From the NCBI GenBank assembly GCA_012295275.1, contig CM022679.1:16120001-16184000 (forward strand): 64,000 bases of DNA, in the 5' to 3' direction. A program made the position numbers and the translations under genes. A model generated the notes under the pieces. It worked only from the letters and a program-made list of their open reading frames with translations, was not told the origin of the DNA and made no database searches. Positions within the stretch are counted from its first letter, which is position 1. Each line of letters starts with the position of its first letter. Positions 20,549 to 47,245 of the stretch are shown piece after piece. The stretch comes from Chrysomallon squamiferum. Lineage: Eukaryota > Animalia > Mollusca.

Positions 20549-22020
20549 GTTATTAATTAATTAATTAATTTATTTATTTATTTATTTCAAACCCCTTTCA
20601 CTTCTGTATTTTTAAATTTATATTATTAACCGTAATACTAGTCAGAACATTCAGTGATAATGTTGCGTTGTTTTTATCACAGTTATTGTTTACGTCAAAG
20701 TCTTCGTAGTTGCTTGGGGATTTTGGAAGAGGATTTTCTAAGATTTTCCGTCTTTTGTTACTTATTTTCACAGAGTCGATTCCCAGATTTTGTTCTTGGA
20801 ATAAAAGATAACATTAATTTTTTTATGAAAACCACAGATCAATTGTTGAAGGTTTAAAAAAAATAATAATAATAATCGTTTTACTGTTTAAAAAACGTCC
20901 AGTCTCGGTTAGTAAACCTGACTGTGTGTGGACTGCACATTTTAATCATAAACAGCACAACTTGCTGTTTTTCTAACAATTTCCGAACAGCTGTTTCATA
21001 TTTTTTACTTGTTCTGAAATTTAAATTATTTCATTTCCTCCTTCTGTCCTTTTACTTTCTTTCTTTTTTTTTTTCTTTTTTTATTTATTTTTCTATCTCT
21101 CTCTTTTTCTTTTTTCATTTTTTTTTTTTTCAATTTACTTGCTAATTAAAAAATAAATCATTCTATGTCCTTTAACAGTTATTAACTCAGTTAAATGCGT
21201 CAACAACGTGACTCAAAGTTATTTTTGTGCTGTTATTTTCACGAACTTGTGAAATCAGCTGGTCGTCAAGAGAATCAGGAACAGCAGTGAACGAAGCCAT
21301 GTCATCGTCGTTTACGTCATCAGGATCGGCAGAGCGAAAACACGTGTGTTTTTAGATTGTTCCTGCAATTCTCAACTTTTTAGCGGTGTTAACGAGAGGC
21401 TGAGCAGGCAGTGACACGTTGGGTAAGGAAACCTTTCTGTTAAAAGTTCACGAAGGTGGAAATTAATTGGACAACTTGCTCTGGCGAAAACACTAATCAT
21501 GTTTTTCTTCTTCCTCTTCTTCCATTGCGGTATTTTTATTTTTACTTTTCTTCCTGTTTGCTTTTTCTTCAATTTTTTTCAAATTTTTATTATTTTTTTT
21601 TTTTTTTTTTTTTTTTCTTTTTTTTTTCTTATATATTTTGTTTTATTATTATTCTTGCTAAACCGCATTGAGGTTTTCTTTCTCTCATCATTTTTTAATT
21701 TTCCCTAACCTAACAAAGCAATATTTTTTCTTTATTTTTAAATTTGTATAACTGTATGAATAGTATATATATATATATATATTTATTGATTTATTTAAAA
21801 GTGTTTTCCTCTAGTGCGGTTTGATCCTCGGAACTATTACGCTTGAGGCAAGAAGCCTAACAACAGACCTTTACCTTCAGTTTTGATGAGAAAATACGCC
21901 CCCGTGTAACTGAAAATTTTTTTTTATTAAACTGAAAGAAGCCCACAAATTAATGCCACAAGTTTTAAAAAGAGCTTTCATTAGCGATAATATAAAAAAA
22001 AAAAAAAAAGAAATGATAGT

Positions 22021-22195
22021 TTGTAGCTCGAGAGTTAGAGCGAGCGTACGACAGACACGTGATCAATCCTGCTATTTCCCGTTCTAGCTAGGATCCTATA
22101 TGACTGTTGTGTTTTGCATTTTGCTTTCACTGGGAAGGTGTATATAAAGGATTCTTTGTTGCTGATACGTAATTAATAGTGTGACAACAAGGTGT
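22021..22195 (+). mobile_element. Decayed tRNA-derived SINE-like copy
   Basis: A-box-like head tagctcgagagttagagcg, then gatcaatcc, gctatttcccgttctagc and gggaaggtgtatataaaggattctttgttgctga. The last block is the reverse complement of the core shared by the copies at ~36690, ~43135 and ~46595. Confidence 0.55.
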
Positions 22196-23529
22196 ACAAA
22201 AACCAAACAATGGGCTAATAGTAAAATGTCTTAATAAATATGAAACAATTCAGAAAAATATTAGTTCTGCAACAATAAATATTAGATAAATTTTTACTAT
22301 TTTGAATATGGGACCATGTTGTTGTTATTTGTTTTGGTTTTTGTTAATTCCAGCGAAAAATCTGCTGTTGTGTTCGGATTTGTGCCATTTTTTGCGTAAA
22401 TGAACAGATGTTTATACTTTTGTCTATATCTGAGACTGCAAACACGAGCGTTTCACTTTTGTACAATAACTTTATACGTTCGTTGTGTGTGTAAGACGGG
22501 TTTTAGCTCACCAGCGTTAAATGCTTACACAGATATTATTTCTTGCGTTGTCGGAACAGCTATATTATGTACAATGCATTATCGTTTTATTAATTCTTTT
22601 TACTAAAGCAAGTTTTTAAAATAGATTTTGTTTTGACGTACATAACGAATAGTGATTCACTTGGAATATGCAGAATGCTTGATTACTTCAGTCGGTTAAC
22701 TTGATGAAAAGAGAAAGGATGAATTATTTACTAAAATGTTTGCTTATGCTGGACATAGTCTTATCAGCAATACATGAAGACTTTTTTCTCTCTCCGTTTA
22801 TTGAAAAATAAGTTATTATTGCTTCGTACATGCCAGAGCACTTTAGAAAAATCGTAAAGTGTGATACCGTTGATTACGTTGATTACGATACATAGCACTC
22901 ATACCAACATGCTTAAAAGTATATATTTCAGAATCTTAATAGGATATGGGTTTCTGAGCTTTTTCATATCAGTAAGAAAATAACTGTCCATAATATCCAG
23001 TCTTTTATCATATCGTACGTTCAGCCAATCTTTACAAAATATTTATATGTTTTTTATCATATTGTACTTTCAGCCATAATATAAATACATATCATGAAAT
23101 TCAATGAGTCACATTATCGAAATGAAATGAAATGATGTTTCATATATCTGAAAGCAGGAGTCTGTTTACTGGGCAGTTTTATTTTGGACTTTTCTCTGAC
23201 AATTACGATCGTTTAGAATCCTCTAGAAAACATCCTTAGAACCGCCCTGAAATTTACATTTGTGCCGTCACCGTCGTTGTTTCGCTTTTACCTCTTAAAA
23301 AACTCTTTCCACAATTTTCAATCGGTTTTCTGCCAACAGCAGAATGAAGCCCAGACATAATTTGCTGCACATGACAATTATAACATACAAAGTGTTATTG
23401 ATTCTGTAGCTTCTCTATCTTATTTCTCTTTTTTTTATGACAGTTGTGGCTGTTTTCAAACTAAGAAGTTATTTGATTAAATTTCCTGTGCAATGTATCT
23501 TTTCCTGTGCAGCGTATTCTCTATTGCTA

Positions 23530-24005
23530 TTGTTGTTTTTGCTGATCATCATCATTATTTTATCACTGTTGTTGTTGTTGATGATCATCATCAATATTTT
23601 ACTGGTTGTTGTTGTTGAAAATCATAATCATTATTTTATCACTGTTGTTGTTGTTGATGATCATCATCATTATTTTATCACTGTTGTTGTTGATGATCAT
23701 CATCATTATTTTATTGGTTGTTGTTGCTGATGATCATAATCATTATTGTATTGGTTGTTGTTGCTGATGATCATAATCATTATTTTATCACTGTTGTTGA
23801 TGATCATCATCATTATTTTATCACTGTTGTTGTTGATGATCATAATCATTATTTTATCACTGTTGTTGTTGTTGATGATCATCATCATTATTTTATCACT
23901 GTTGTTGTTGTTGATGATCATAATCATTATTTTATCACTGTTGTTATTTTTGTTGATCATTACATTATATCATTATTGTTGTTGTTGATCATCATCATTA
24001 TATTA
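23530..24005. repeat. Higher-order trinucleotide-derived minisatellite (~36-42-bp unit, ~11 copies)
   Basis: Unit (gtt)n-gatgatcat(c/a)atcattattttatcact repeated. Confidence 0.9.
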
Positions 24006-24908
24006 TTATAAGTGTTGTTATGTTTTTGTTGATTTTCATCATTATATTATAATTGTTTTGTTGCTGTTGTTGTTACTATTGTTATTGTTACTGTTGTTAT
24101 TGTTGTGTTGTTGTTGTTATTATTATTATTATTTGTGACACAGAGACAGCAGAGTATAAGGTGTATCAAATAACAAAATAAATGAACATTAATCACTTAA
24201 GTTTTAATAATTTTTGAATATGAAATATTTATTACTTTTACGATTGGCTTTAACAATATGTTTTACACATACAAACATTACACATTCTATTCACAAATTC
24301 AGTATATCACAGAACGCTATATTTTTAAAAAAGTATTAACACTAAATTAAAACTGTATATTGTTAATATACAAGAAATCTTTATGTACAAAACGGGTTAA
24401 TGTTTATAGTAAAATGATTTGTTGAATACACAGTAGACTTAAAAAATAGTGAACCACTTTATGTAACAAAATATATAAGATAGTGTGCAGCTATATACAT
24501 TTTCTATATCGCTATATATCATCAAATAAACAAGATTAAAAGTTATGTAATATTACTTTTACCTCAAAACTCTGTAATATATATATATATATATATATAT
24601 ATATCTAAAATAGTCGTAGATGCCTACTCAAAAGTGTTTTGAAATTTGTTTATATTAATGTCAGGTAAAATACAATGTTTCTGGGTTAGCCATGATATCA
24701 GCTCAATTGTTAATGGTAAGTACAAAACAGTGTGAACACAGTCAGCTGAAAACTTAATTCTGTCGTTGTATATCCATGTCGCGTGTGCCTCTGTTGATTT
24801 AGCTGTCAGTTGTTGGTACAAAATAGAAACAATTATAAATATCTGACATTAAACACTGCATCACTCACCACTGTGATATGATGCTTACAGTTTCTCTAGA
24901 ACATTCTT

Positions 24909-37764
<12,856 letters not shown>

Positions 37765-39451
37765 TACGTTCACATATGTTAATAAAACTATGCTTTTATA
37801 ACGTTGGTTACGTTCCAGACATTTTCAAACAATGCAGAAACAAGATCGTTTAGTTCACAATGAATTTTTGAATGTTAAATTACCCAGTATTACAACTGTG
37901 TCCTAGTCTCTGTCAGAATGAATGAGTCACGCAGATCAGAGGTAGTGGGGGGTGTATTTTCTAACCTAGGTTGTCGAATCTGTAGAGGTAATTTATCAAA
38001 CGGATTATTGCCTGGGTTAAGTGTTGTGCATGCAGGGTGAAAAACAGTAATCGCAGACATACAGTTGATATTGTTAGAATCGACACTAATGGTGATATAT
38101 AAAGGATAAGGACCTTGCTATGATGTCATTTCAAAACATATGTTACAGACAGATACACAGATAGATAGATAGATAGTTAGACAGACAGACAGACAGAAAT
38201 ACAGATAAAGATAGAGATATACATATACAATTCGTTGTCGTCAAGTTTCTATGAATATCATTATAAAATACATATAGTAAAAACATTCGCAGAAATAGCT
38301 GTAAAACCGGGTGTGGTAATAATGGTGTATTATTATTAGTAGTAGCAGCAGTAATAGAAGTAATAGAAAAAGCAGTGGTACAGCAGCTACTGCAGCATCA
38401 ATAATAATAGTTAATGATAGTTGTTGTGGTAGTAGTAGAAACTGTGGTTGAAGAAGTATCAGTAGAGGTAATAGTAGTAATAGTAATTAATAATAATAGT
38501 AGCATAGTGATAGTAGTAGAAGAAGTAGTGAAAGCGGTAGTAGTAGTGATAGCAGTAGTAGTAGTAGTTTTAGTTATAGTAGTAGTGGTATTAGTTGTTA
38601 CTGTTATTATTGCTATAATGACGTCAGTAGCTACACAATAAAGCTACAGTAAATGTTTTACTTTATCTTCAGGAAATTAATATATTATATTACGTCAGTG
38701 TTTTTTTAATTTTTTTGTAAACAGTTGACTGTTTCAAAATAAAGTAATTAACGTCAGTAAGCGTCTATAAACACTGGTCAGACTGTATTCTGACATACCA
38801 CAGGTAAATATGCAAGGAAATATGTCGATAATAAAGCAGCACAACAAATACAAAACACTCGGGTATGTTTACTTTAAACCAAGCCTGTAGTGTCAGCTAA
38901 AATACTTGTTACCGATTTTCCGAATGGCCCATGCATATACATGTAACGTTCATATAATAAGGAAAAGACAAAGTAGTTCCCTGGATACATGTATTTAAAT
39001 TTTTTTATTTTTTTTTTTTTTTTTTTGTTGTTGTTTGGTGTTTGTTTTTTGGGGGGTTTGTTGTTTCTTTATTGTTTTTTTTTTTTTTTTTGTTTCTTTT
39101 TTTGTTTCTTTGTTTTTCTTGTTATCGTTGACGTTTCTTTTTTCTTTCTTGTTTTATAAACAAGTGAAAAAATAATAATTAAAAAAAAAAAATTCATCTA
39201 AAAACAAACAAAACCGTATAGATACTCGAAAGAATAATAATAATAATAACAACAACAACAATAATAATAATAATTGTTCTTGCTCTTCTTGTAGTCGTAG
39301 CTGTCGCAGTACGTGTAGTAATAAAAATGATAGTAATAACAATAACATGACGAGTTCGCTTTTTTTGTAAAATCTGTGTATTTCGGATTTAGAAAATAAT
39401 CGGATCAAATTTCAGAAAATCAGTCACCAATGAATCTTAATATCAAAAATA

Positions 39452-39486
<35 letters not shown>

Positions 39487-39662
39487 GCGTAATCAGTCAG
39501 TTACTGTATAATGCTCGGCGGGTCAAATTTCACATTAGTGGTTATTATTATGGTCTCTGGAACTTTCTAGAAGAAATTAGTTTCATTATAAGAAAAAACA
39601 AGAAATTATAAAAATTAAAATTAATATTAATTAATATTAAAATAGTAGCGATAAACAACATC

Positions 39663-39709
<47 letters not shown>

Positions 39710-41115
39710 CAACAACAACAACAACAACAAATAAATAAATAAAATAAGGGAGTGAGACTGGTCGGACGCACCATACTGAATCCGGATATAACTAAACGTT
39801 ACAAGGGAAAGAGAAATCTGTATTCACTTGGCCAGATATGAAAACAACAAAACACACACAAAGAAGGGCTTCTGGTAAATCCAGCTGTCGACAGAAATTA
39901 GAATTAAGCGAGTACTTTTACACTTGCTGCTTGGACACCGCAATGCCTGTTGGGATTAACGTTCTGAAACGAGGCTAATTGGACTTATTTATGGCTTTGT
40001 TAATTATTATTTTGTTTTTGGATGAACAATGTAAATGTACATGTAGTATATGTAGGTGGTTATATATTCATTTTACTGGAAGGGGTTTAGTTTTCATCTT
40101 AAGGTTATCAGAAAGGTATATAAATATCAGTGTTTTAATCAGTGACATCTTGGAAGGTCAGTTATGGTTGTAAGCAGTTTTAAAAAAATTCAAGAGGTTC
40201 ATTAAAAAAAATTCGGGAACTAGTTTAGTACCAAAATAAATTTGGAAATTCATTGTAATTATTAAAAAAAAAAAAAAAAAAAAAACACATTTTTTTAATG
40301 CCATCTTAATTATATTTCTGTATGGCCTGGAAATTTATACAACTCAACACACTATACTCTCCTAGTCAAAAACTAGTCTCTGTCTTAGGAAGAAAAAAAA
40401 AACACAAACAAATTTAATAGTATTAAAACATTTTAATATAAAAATAAAATACACGTGTTCATATATTTCTAAATATATATTTACAACAGATATTTCTGTA
40501 TGCAACAAAAATATCTTTGATTTTTCCTATATATAGCTGGTTACAATATAACGTTAGTGTTCTGTGAGCCTTCATAAAATCATTTCTGAAATAACTGGTG
40601 ATATGTAATGTTTTCAAAGTGTTTAGAAACATATTATCTGTGAAAAAAAAAATGTAACTATAAACCAGTCCTGAAATGACATTTTTATTCATGTCTGCTT
40701 GTATGTGACAACTGTAACATGCCACTCTGGGTTGTGTTTTTCATATTTTAGTTTATCACAGAAGCTTACTACTTACTGATAAAACACAGCCAACTGAACC
40801 TGGACTTACTCCATGATATATTAAACATTTTGATGAAAAGGTTACCTCAGATTTTAATATTTAATGCATAGGTGTTTAATTTTCTCTTCATAAAATGATT
40901 TAAATGCATTACTTTTCTATTCCTATTTTTTAACATTTAACATACATATATGTGTTTAATTTTCTGTACAAACTGAATGTGTCTTATTACATTTATAATT
41001 AAATATGAAAATACATGTCACAAATAATATCAGATCTTCAGTTCCAGCAAAACTAATTTTACATGAGTATCATAAAATCCTATTTGAAAATCTATTTGTA
41101 TTATACCTGAACCAT

Positions 41116-41166
<51 letters not shown>

Positions 41167-42017
41167 CTTTCTACATATCTTTGCATGAAATAAAATATCT
41201 GTATATTTCAAAATGTACTTTTCTTTTCAAAGAATCTGTAACTTTTACTTACATAACAGTTTATTATTGGGTTTTGGGTTTTTTTTTAATACATTTGTTT
41301 TAATTACTTTTCTTTCTTTTTTAAAAAAAGAAAAATACCAAAAACCCCATCAGATGTAAAAGTAATAATGTTTCTAAAACATACTTTTTTAACTACATGA
41401 GCTTCATTCTGCTAATGATCTTTACAAAATAAATTGAATGTTGTGATATTTACAAATATATTTACAAATTAGATATAAATTTATTTTCAACCACATTCAT
41501 ATCAAACTAACAATTGTGCTTTTATATTCATAACATAAATTTAACAGAAATTTCTGTTATAAAATATCAGCTCATTAAGTTTTAAATAGTAATTTTATTT
41601 ATTATTTTATTTTTAAATGAAAATTCTCTTGATTTATTATCATCGTATTTTATACTCCAAAGTTTGTGAGTCAAAATATACAGAGCCTACTTCCAAGCAA
41701 TTCTTTTACTAGTTAAATGACAATACAGTAATGGAAATATTCAACATACTTCATAATTAGCAAAGACTAGTCTCCTCAAACAACTGAAACAGTTTCTTGG
41801 AAGTACACAAATATATTGAGATTTGTTTTTGATTTGTACCACTAAACATCCATTTTCAGTAAATTGTGAAGAATTTATCGTACTGCATTTTAATCATTTT
41901 TAATTATGAAAACTAAATTTTAAAACCATCAAAAGTATTAACATTTTTATAATGCATAGTTTCTGTTTGTTTTTTGGGTGACAAGTCTTTCTGAATTTTT
42001 ATTTCTGAGATGTTCAA

Positions 42018-44827
42018 TTACTCTTGTGGAATTAGATCTGAAATAATAAAAAGATATTCAACCAGTGAAATCTGAATAATTGTTTATTTAGTTGGGGTTT
42101 TTTTTAATAATATTTTATCATATTTAAATTTTAATGGTTATTAGATGTAAAATTCAGGAGTCTAAATTAGCATAGAGCCAGATAAAAAATGTGTAAGCCC
42201 CTACAGATTTTGTAGGGCCATCAGAAGTATCTTCAAAAGGAAAAGAAATAAAGAAAACAATAAGAAAGAAATTCCAGTGGGACAACGAACAGTACATTTT
42301 TCTTTGGTTATGTCTTCCCATACACATGCATAACAGATTTAGAATACTTTCTTTCCTTTCTATATCAGTGAAAATTATTCTTTGTTCTATACTATTTCAA
42401 CACTATAAGTTTTAAGTGAATGAAAGTTGATTTCTCTATTTTAATTACAGTTACCTTCTTGAAAAAAACAAAACAACTGATAACCATTTTGAAAAAGAGA
42501 AATTACTTACATGTTTTTCTTGTTTTCATGTAGTTCTTGTAACTGAAAATAAATTAATAATAAATAAAAGGTATGCAACATGTCCAAAACAGTTAGTTAT
42601 GAGTTTGATTGTCTTTTAACAATTTTTTTATAGTTTCTATTTTGTTTGTATGGTTGCTATTGTTTTTGCTTCTTAATTTTAAATTTTTTTACTTACTATA
42701 TTACTGACAAAGAAAATAACTACCAATCTAGATACCACTAGAAAAGACCATCAGTGTAAAAAACATAATACTTACTTGTGGTACAATATGATGATAACAA
42801 CTATTAAAATTAAACAGCAGACGAAGATGAAGATCGCCAAGGCAACCAGCACCCACCACAACGGTCCCCAGTTTATGGAATCCATAGATTTCTTCTTAGG
42901 TGTGCAAGCCTAAATATAAAAAGAAAATTAAAATTAATAATATATATTAATCTGGAATTATCTGTAGATAAAACATTTGTATTAAGGGTATGAATGAATG
43001 AAAGTGTAATGACCCTTGAATGGAACAGTTAATCTTCTGTTGAAACAAAAAGATTGTTAACAGAGAACTAAAATAAGAAATAGACTGTTTCCTTAAAATA
43101 TCTTATGAGAGAGAAGAATCTGTAAAATGATTCAGCAAGAGATCTTTTTTACATGCACTTTCCCATACACAGCATAGCACAAAACAGTGTTTAATAAATC
43201 AATTATATGAGCACAGACTTGAATGGGATATATTTGAGTGAGAGCAGTGAAAGGATTTGATCCTGTGAACAATTGCATCTGAGTCCAGTACTTTAACAAG
43301 TAATCTACCAACCATGTAACATTTTATTATTTAGTATTTGTGTATCACAGACAGGTCACTTACACCAGGTTCTGAACCGCCATACTTTTCAAAAATCCTA
43401 GTCATTTTTTCATTACTTTTCAGATACTTTGTTCCATCATAGATGTTATTCACTCGATTTTCACGGATGATAATAAAACAAACATCAGTCCTGTGCATTA
43501 AATAAAGAAAAGCATTATTATTATTATTATTATTATTAATATGGTAAATTTAAACAAAAACACATTCCAAAAAAACTGAGACTTTACTGCTGCATTAATC
43601 AACAATAAAAATAAAATGGACTATAATATTAAAATACTCCTAATAATTATATATTACAAATCAAATTAAAATTCTTGAATTATATTCATTTAATATTTTT
43701 GAAAAACACTGAAATTCTTATTACTGAGAAATGTGGCATATGCATATATTTCTAATATGTCTGCCAACATCAAAAAATAAAAAATATAGCACAAACATTA
43801 CCGTACCAGCTTTCCTAAACCTGCCACATTAATACAGTGAAGAATATTTTTTGCATCTTTTTTAATTAACTACAAAAGAACAATGGAGGATGAGTTATAA
43901 AAAGAAGGTGCTTACTTAGAAACGTCGTATGAGTCTCCAACTCGGTGATGAGCCACTTGCTTCAGTTCAAAGACAGAATTATCATCAGCTTCTGACAGTT
44001 CACTGCAACACAAAAAGTAATCATCAGAGAGAATGAATATTTAACAACAAGTTACCAGTTTTTGTCTAATGATGATATGAGAGAGAAAACTGATGTCAGC
44101 TGTTACAGATTACAAGTAAGTAATTTTTCATATACACCTTCCTTTAGATAGAGAATTACTTAAATGATAAAACAGTATGAAGCACCCATCTATAACGGGA
44201 AAATAACAAATGGTGCAGCATAGGGGACAGATCACATCTCAAACAACAAATGTTTTTTCACTCAATAAAAATCTATATAGATGCAGATACATAAACAATC
44301 ACAGATAATGTTTTATAACCATTTATGATAATGCAACACTGAAATAATAATTTATACACTTTTGTTTTTAATTAATAATTTTAAAATTACTGCTGATAAA
44401 ACAGTTTAAAATAACAAATAGAGTACTTTTTTAAAATACAATTTAAAATTAGTTTTAATTAATAGTTTTAATTTAACAAAAATTAAGAATTTAATATCTT
44501 TTAATTTATGATCATTTATTATTTCGATTTGAATAATTAGTTTAATTGCAAATTATAAAATAAACCTACTTGATCATCTGTTGTGCTTTCTTCTGAACCG
44601 ATTCAGAAGGTTTCTCATTAAAGACAACTCTGATGGACTGAGTGAGCTCGTAGATATAGATCTGTAACAAACAGATAAAACTTTAATAAATAACCTAATT
44701 CAGTGCATTCTAATCAAGTATTTTGTTAATACCTAGCTGTGTTATTCTTCTTTAATTTAATAATTTTTTAACAGTTTAATACAAAGTTTTATAATATGTG
44801 AAATTTTAAAGTCAGTGTAGTGAAGTT

Positions 44828-44890
<63 letters not shown>

Positions 44891-47191
44891 CCCCCAGTGG
44901 GATAGAGACAAAGCGAGATCTGTCCAGTGGCTGTTTGTTTATTAAGGAATTTATTGTCAGAAGCAAATAACAAATTTTTTTTGTAAACAAACCAAAATAA
45001 ATAAATTAATCAAAAATTTGTAATCATCAATGAATAATAACAATGAAAATTACAACATTAAAACTGTTGGTTTTTGGGGTTTTTTTAAATTGCATTTGTT
45101 TATTTTTTAATAACATTTTTCTTAATCCTACTGATAAACACCTGGTTAATATATCTATAGTTGCAGTTAATAAATGCTTTGGGTATACTTTTTCTCTTTT
45201 TTCTTCTTTTTTTGTTTTTAATAAATTTATTTATTTTTAAATAACATTTTATTAATCCTAGAACTACAACAGTCACTTAATTCCTCAGTTTATGACATGT
45301 GATCTTAATGACATTAAAATGCTTTTTTACCAAAACCGACATCGTATCGTTCAGTTTTGGATTGTTGAAGTCGGTGGCTATGACTTGCACATCGAAGTAG
45401 CTGCCAGACTGGATGTAGTCTGTGTAGGACGGCAGGTTCGTTGTGATGATACCATTGTCACGGTTGATTCGAAACGCACCACGAATTGAGTAGTTGGGAC
45501 GGTCAGGATCAGGATCATAATAAACAATGTTGACAATGTCGTACAGTGTGCGATCGTATGGAGGAAGGTCATTGTCCTTGGCAACCACCCTGATGACTTG
45601 TTGTGATATCTGAGGGTTACTCTCAACTCCTATAATTTAAAAATATGTGTGTAAAATGAATTTTACATTTTCCAGGTTTTAAACAATAACAAAAGAAACA
45701 ACACAGATTAATAAAACATTAATTACAATATGATATAAATATTCAGCTTGGAATGTTTTGTACTTAATGTACAATTTTTCATTTATATATATTTTTTTTT
45801 TCTGATGTTTTTCATATTTAGAAATCTAAGTAAAATAGAAATGAAATAAAAACAATAATATTAGGTAGGTGATTACAAACTTGCAACACACTTAGTCTGT
45901 TAAAGGTTTTTTTATTTTTGTATGCAGGAGATTATATTTGAAAAAGGAAAAAAAATCATCCAACAAGCTTGTTATGGAGCTGTCATCAAAGGCTGATGCT
46001 GTAAAAATTTAAAACTGGCTTGGCAGTACACACAATGTATTTACATTTTCTTCCATTTTCACTCAAAAATGTGTTTCAACAATAAAAAGAGGATATCAAC
46101 TGTATAAAGATCATTTCTACTTCACATACCTAACAGTCTGACTTTGTGTGGGAAGATGGGTCCATTGTCATTTTGATCAATTAGTTGAATTATGATGTAC
46201 TGAACAACTGTCTTCTTAACCATTTCAGACTCTGTAAATGTCTGACGTTTTCTTCTCCCCCCTGCTGCAGGGGTTGCCTCCACACACACCAGGTACCTCT
46301 CCTGAAACTCTCGATCAAGTTTCCTCTTTGACAGTATCAAACCTTTTTGCTTTTCTGACAAAAAGAAATTCTCCTTTGACCATTCTTTGCGACCTGAAAT
46401 TTAATGAAAAATTGTAACTGAATTCTAATTCATGCAAACATTATTAATTCTCACTCGATTTGTATTACTGTTATCAGAACTTTATTATTAATAAATCTTG
46501 TCAACAGATGTAAATAATTCAGTCACGTAAATTACACAAAATCATTTAGCCAATGATGACATTGTAAGAAAAGAATTCCACTGCTACTTGGTATCAGCAA
46601 GGAGTGTTACATGCACCTGCCCACACACAGGTTTTGATACCAACAATTACAAAAAACAGGAACGGGAAATAATTAAAACATAATACTAATGAGAACAGAT
46701 CAAGGAAGCTTTCAGTTATAAATGTTGTACATAGACTAATACAGCATATGTTCCTACAAAATACATACTCCTTTTTAAATATATAATAATAATAATAATA
46801 ACAGCAACAACAACAGTGATGATAACAATAGTAATAATTAATAATAATAATAGTAATAGTAATAATGTTAATAACAATAATAATAATAAAAATAACAACA
46901 ACAGTAATAATAATAATGATAATAATAATAGTAATAGTAATAATATTAATAACAATAATAATAATAAAAATAACAACAACATTAATAATAATAATAATAA
47001 TAACAGTAACAACTACACTAATAATAATAACAGTAATAATAGCAATAGCAATAGTAATAATAATAATAACGATAATAGTAATAATAATAATAACAGTAAT
47101 AATAGCAATAGTAATAATAATAACAGTAATAATAGCAACAGTAATAATAATAATGATAATAATAATAGTAATAATAACAGTAATAATAGCA

Positions 47192-47245
<54 letters not shown>

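Noticed and set aside
22021-22100. Possible tRNA gene
   Set aside because: Only an A-box-like fragment is present with no cloverleaf, and it continues into a SINE-like body.
23437-24011. Repetitive DDHHHYFITVVV ORFs resembling His-rich proteins
   Set aside because: They derive from a trinucleotide-based minisatellite, with no splice or start context.
40729-40792. Possible pre-miRNA stem (ggttgtgtttt...aaaacacagcc)
   Set aside because: The stem is only ~12-14 bp with a large unpaired loop, which is insufficient evidence.
42194-42218. Small hairpin gcccctacagattttgtagggcc resembling a terminator
   Set aside because: It lies in a eukaryotic intron and is too short to assign; probably a transposon remnant or chance.
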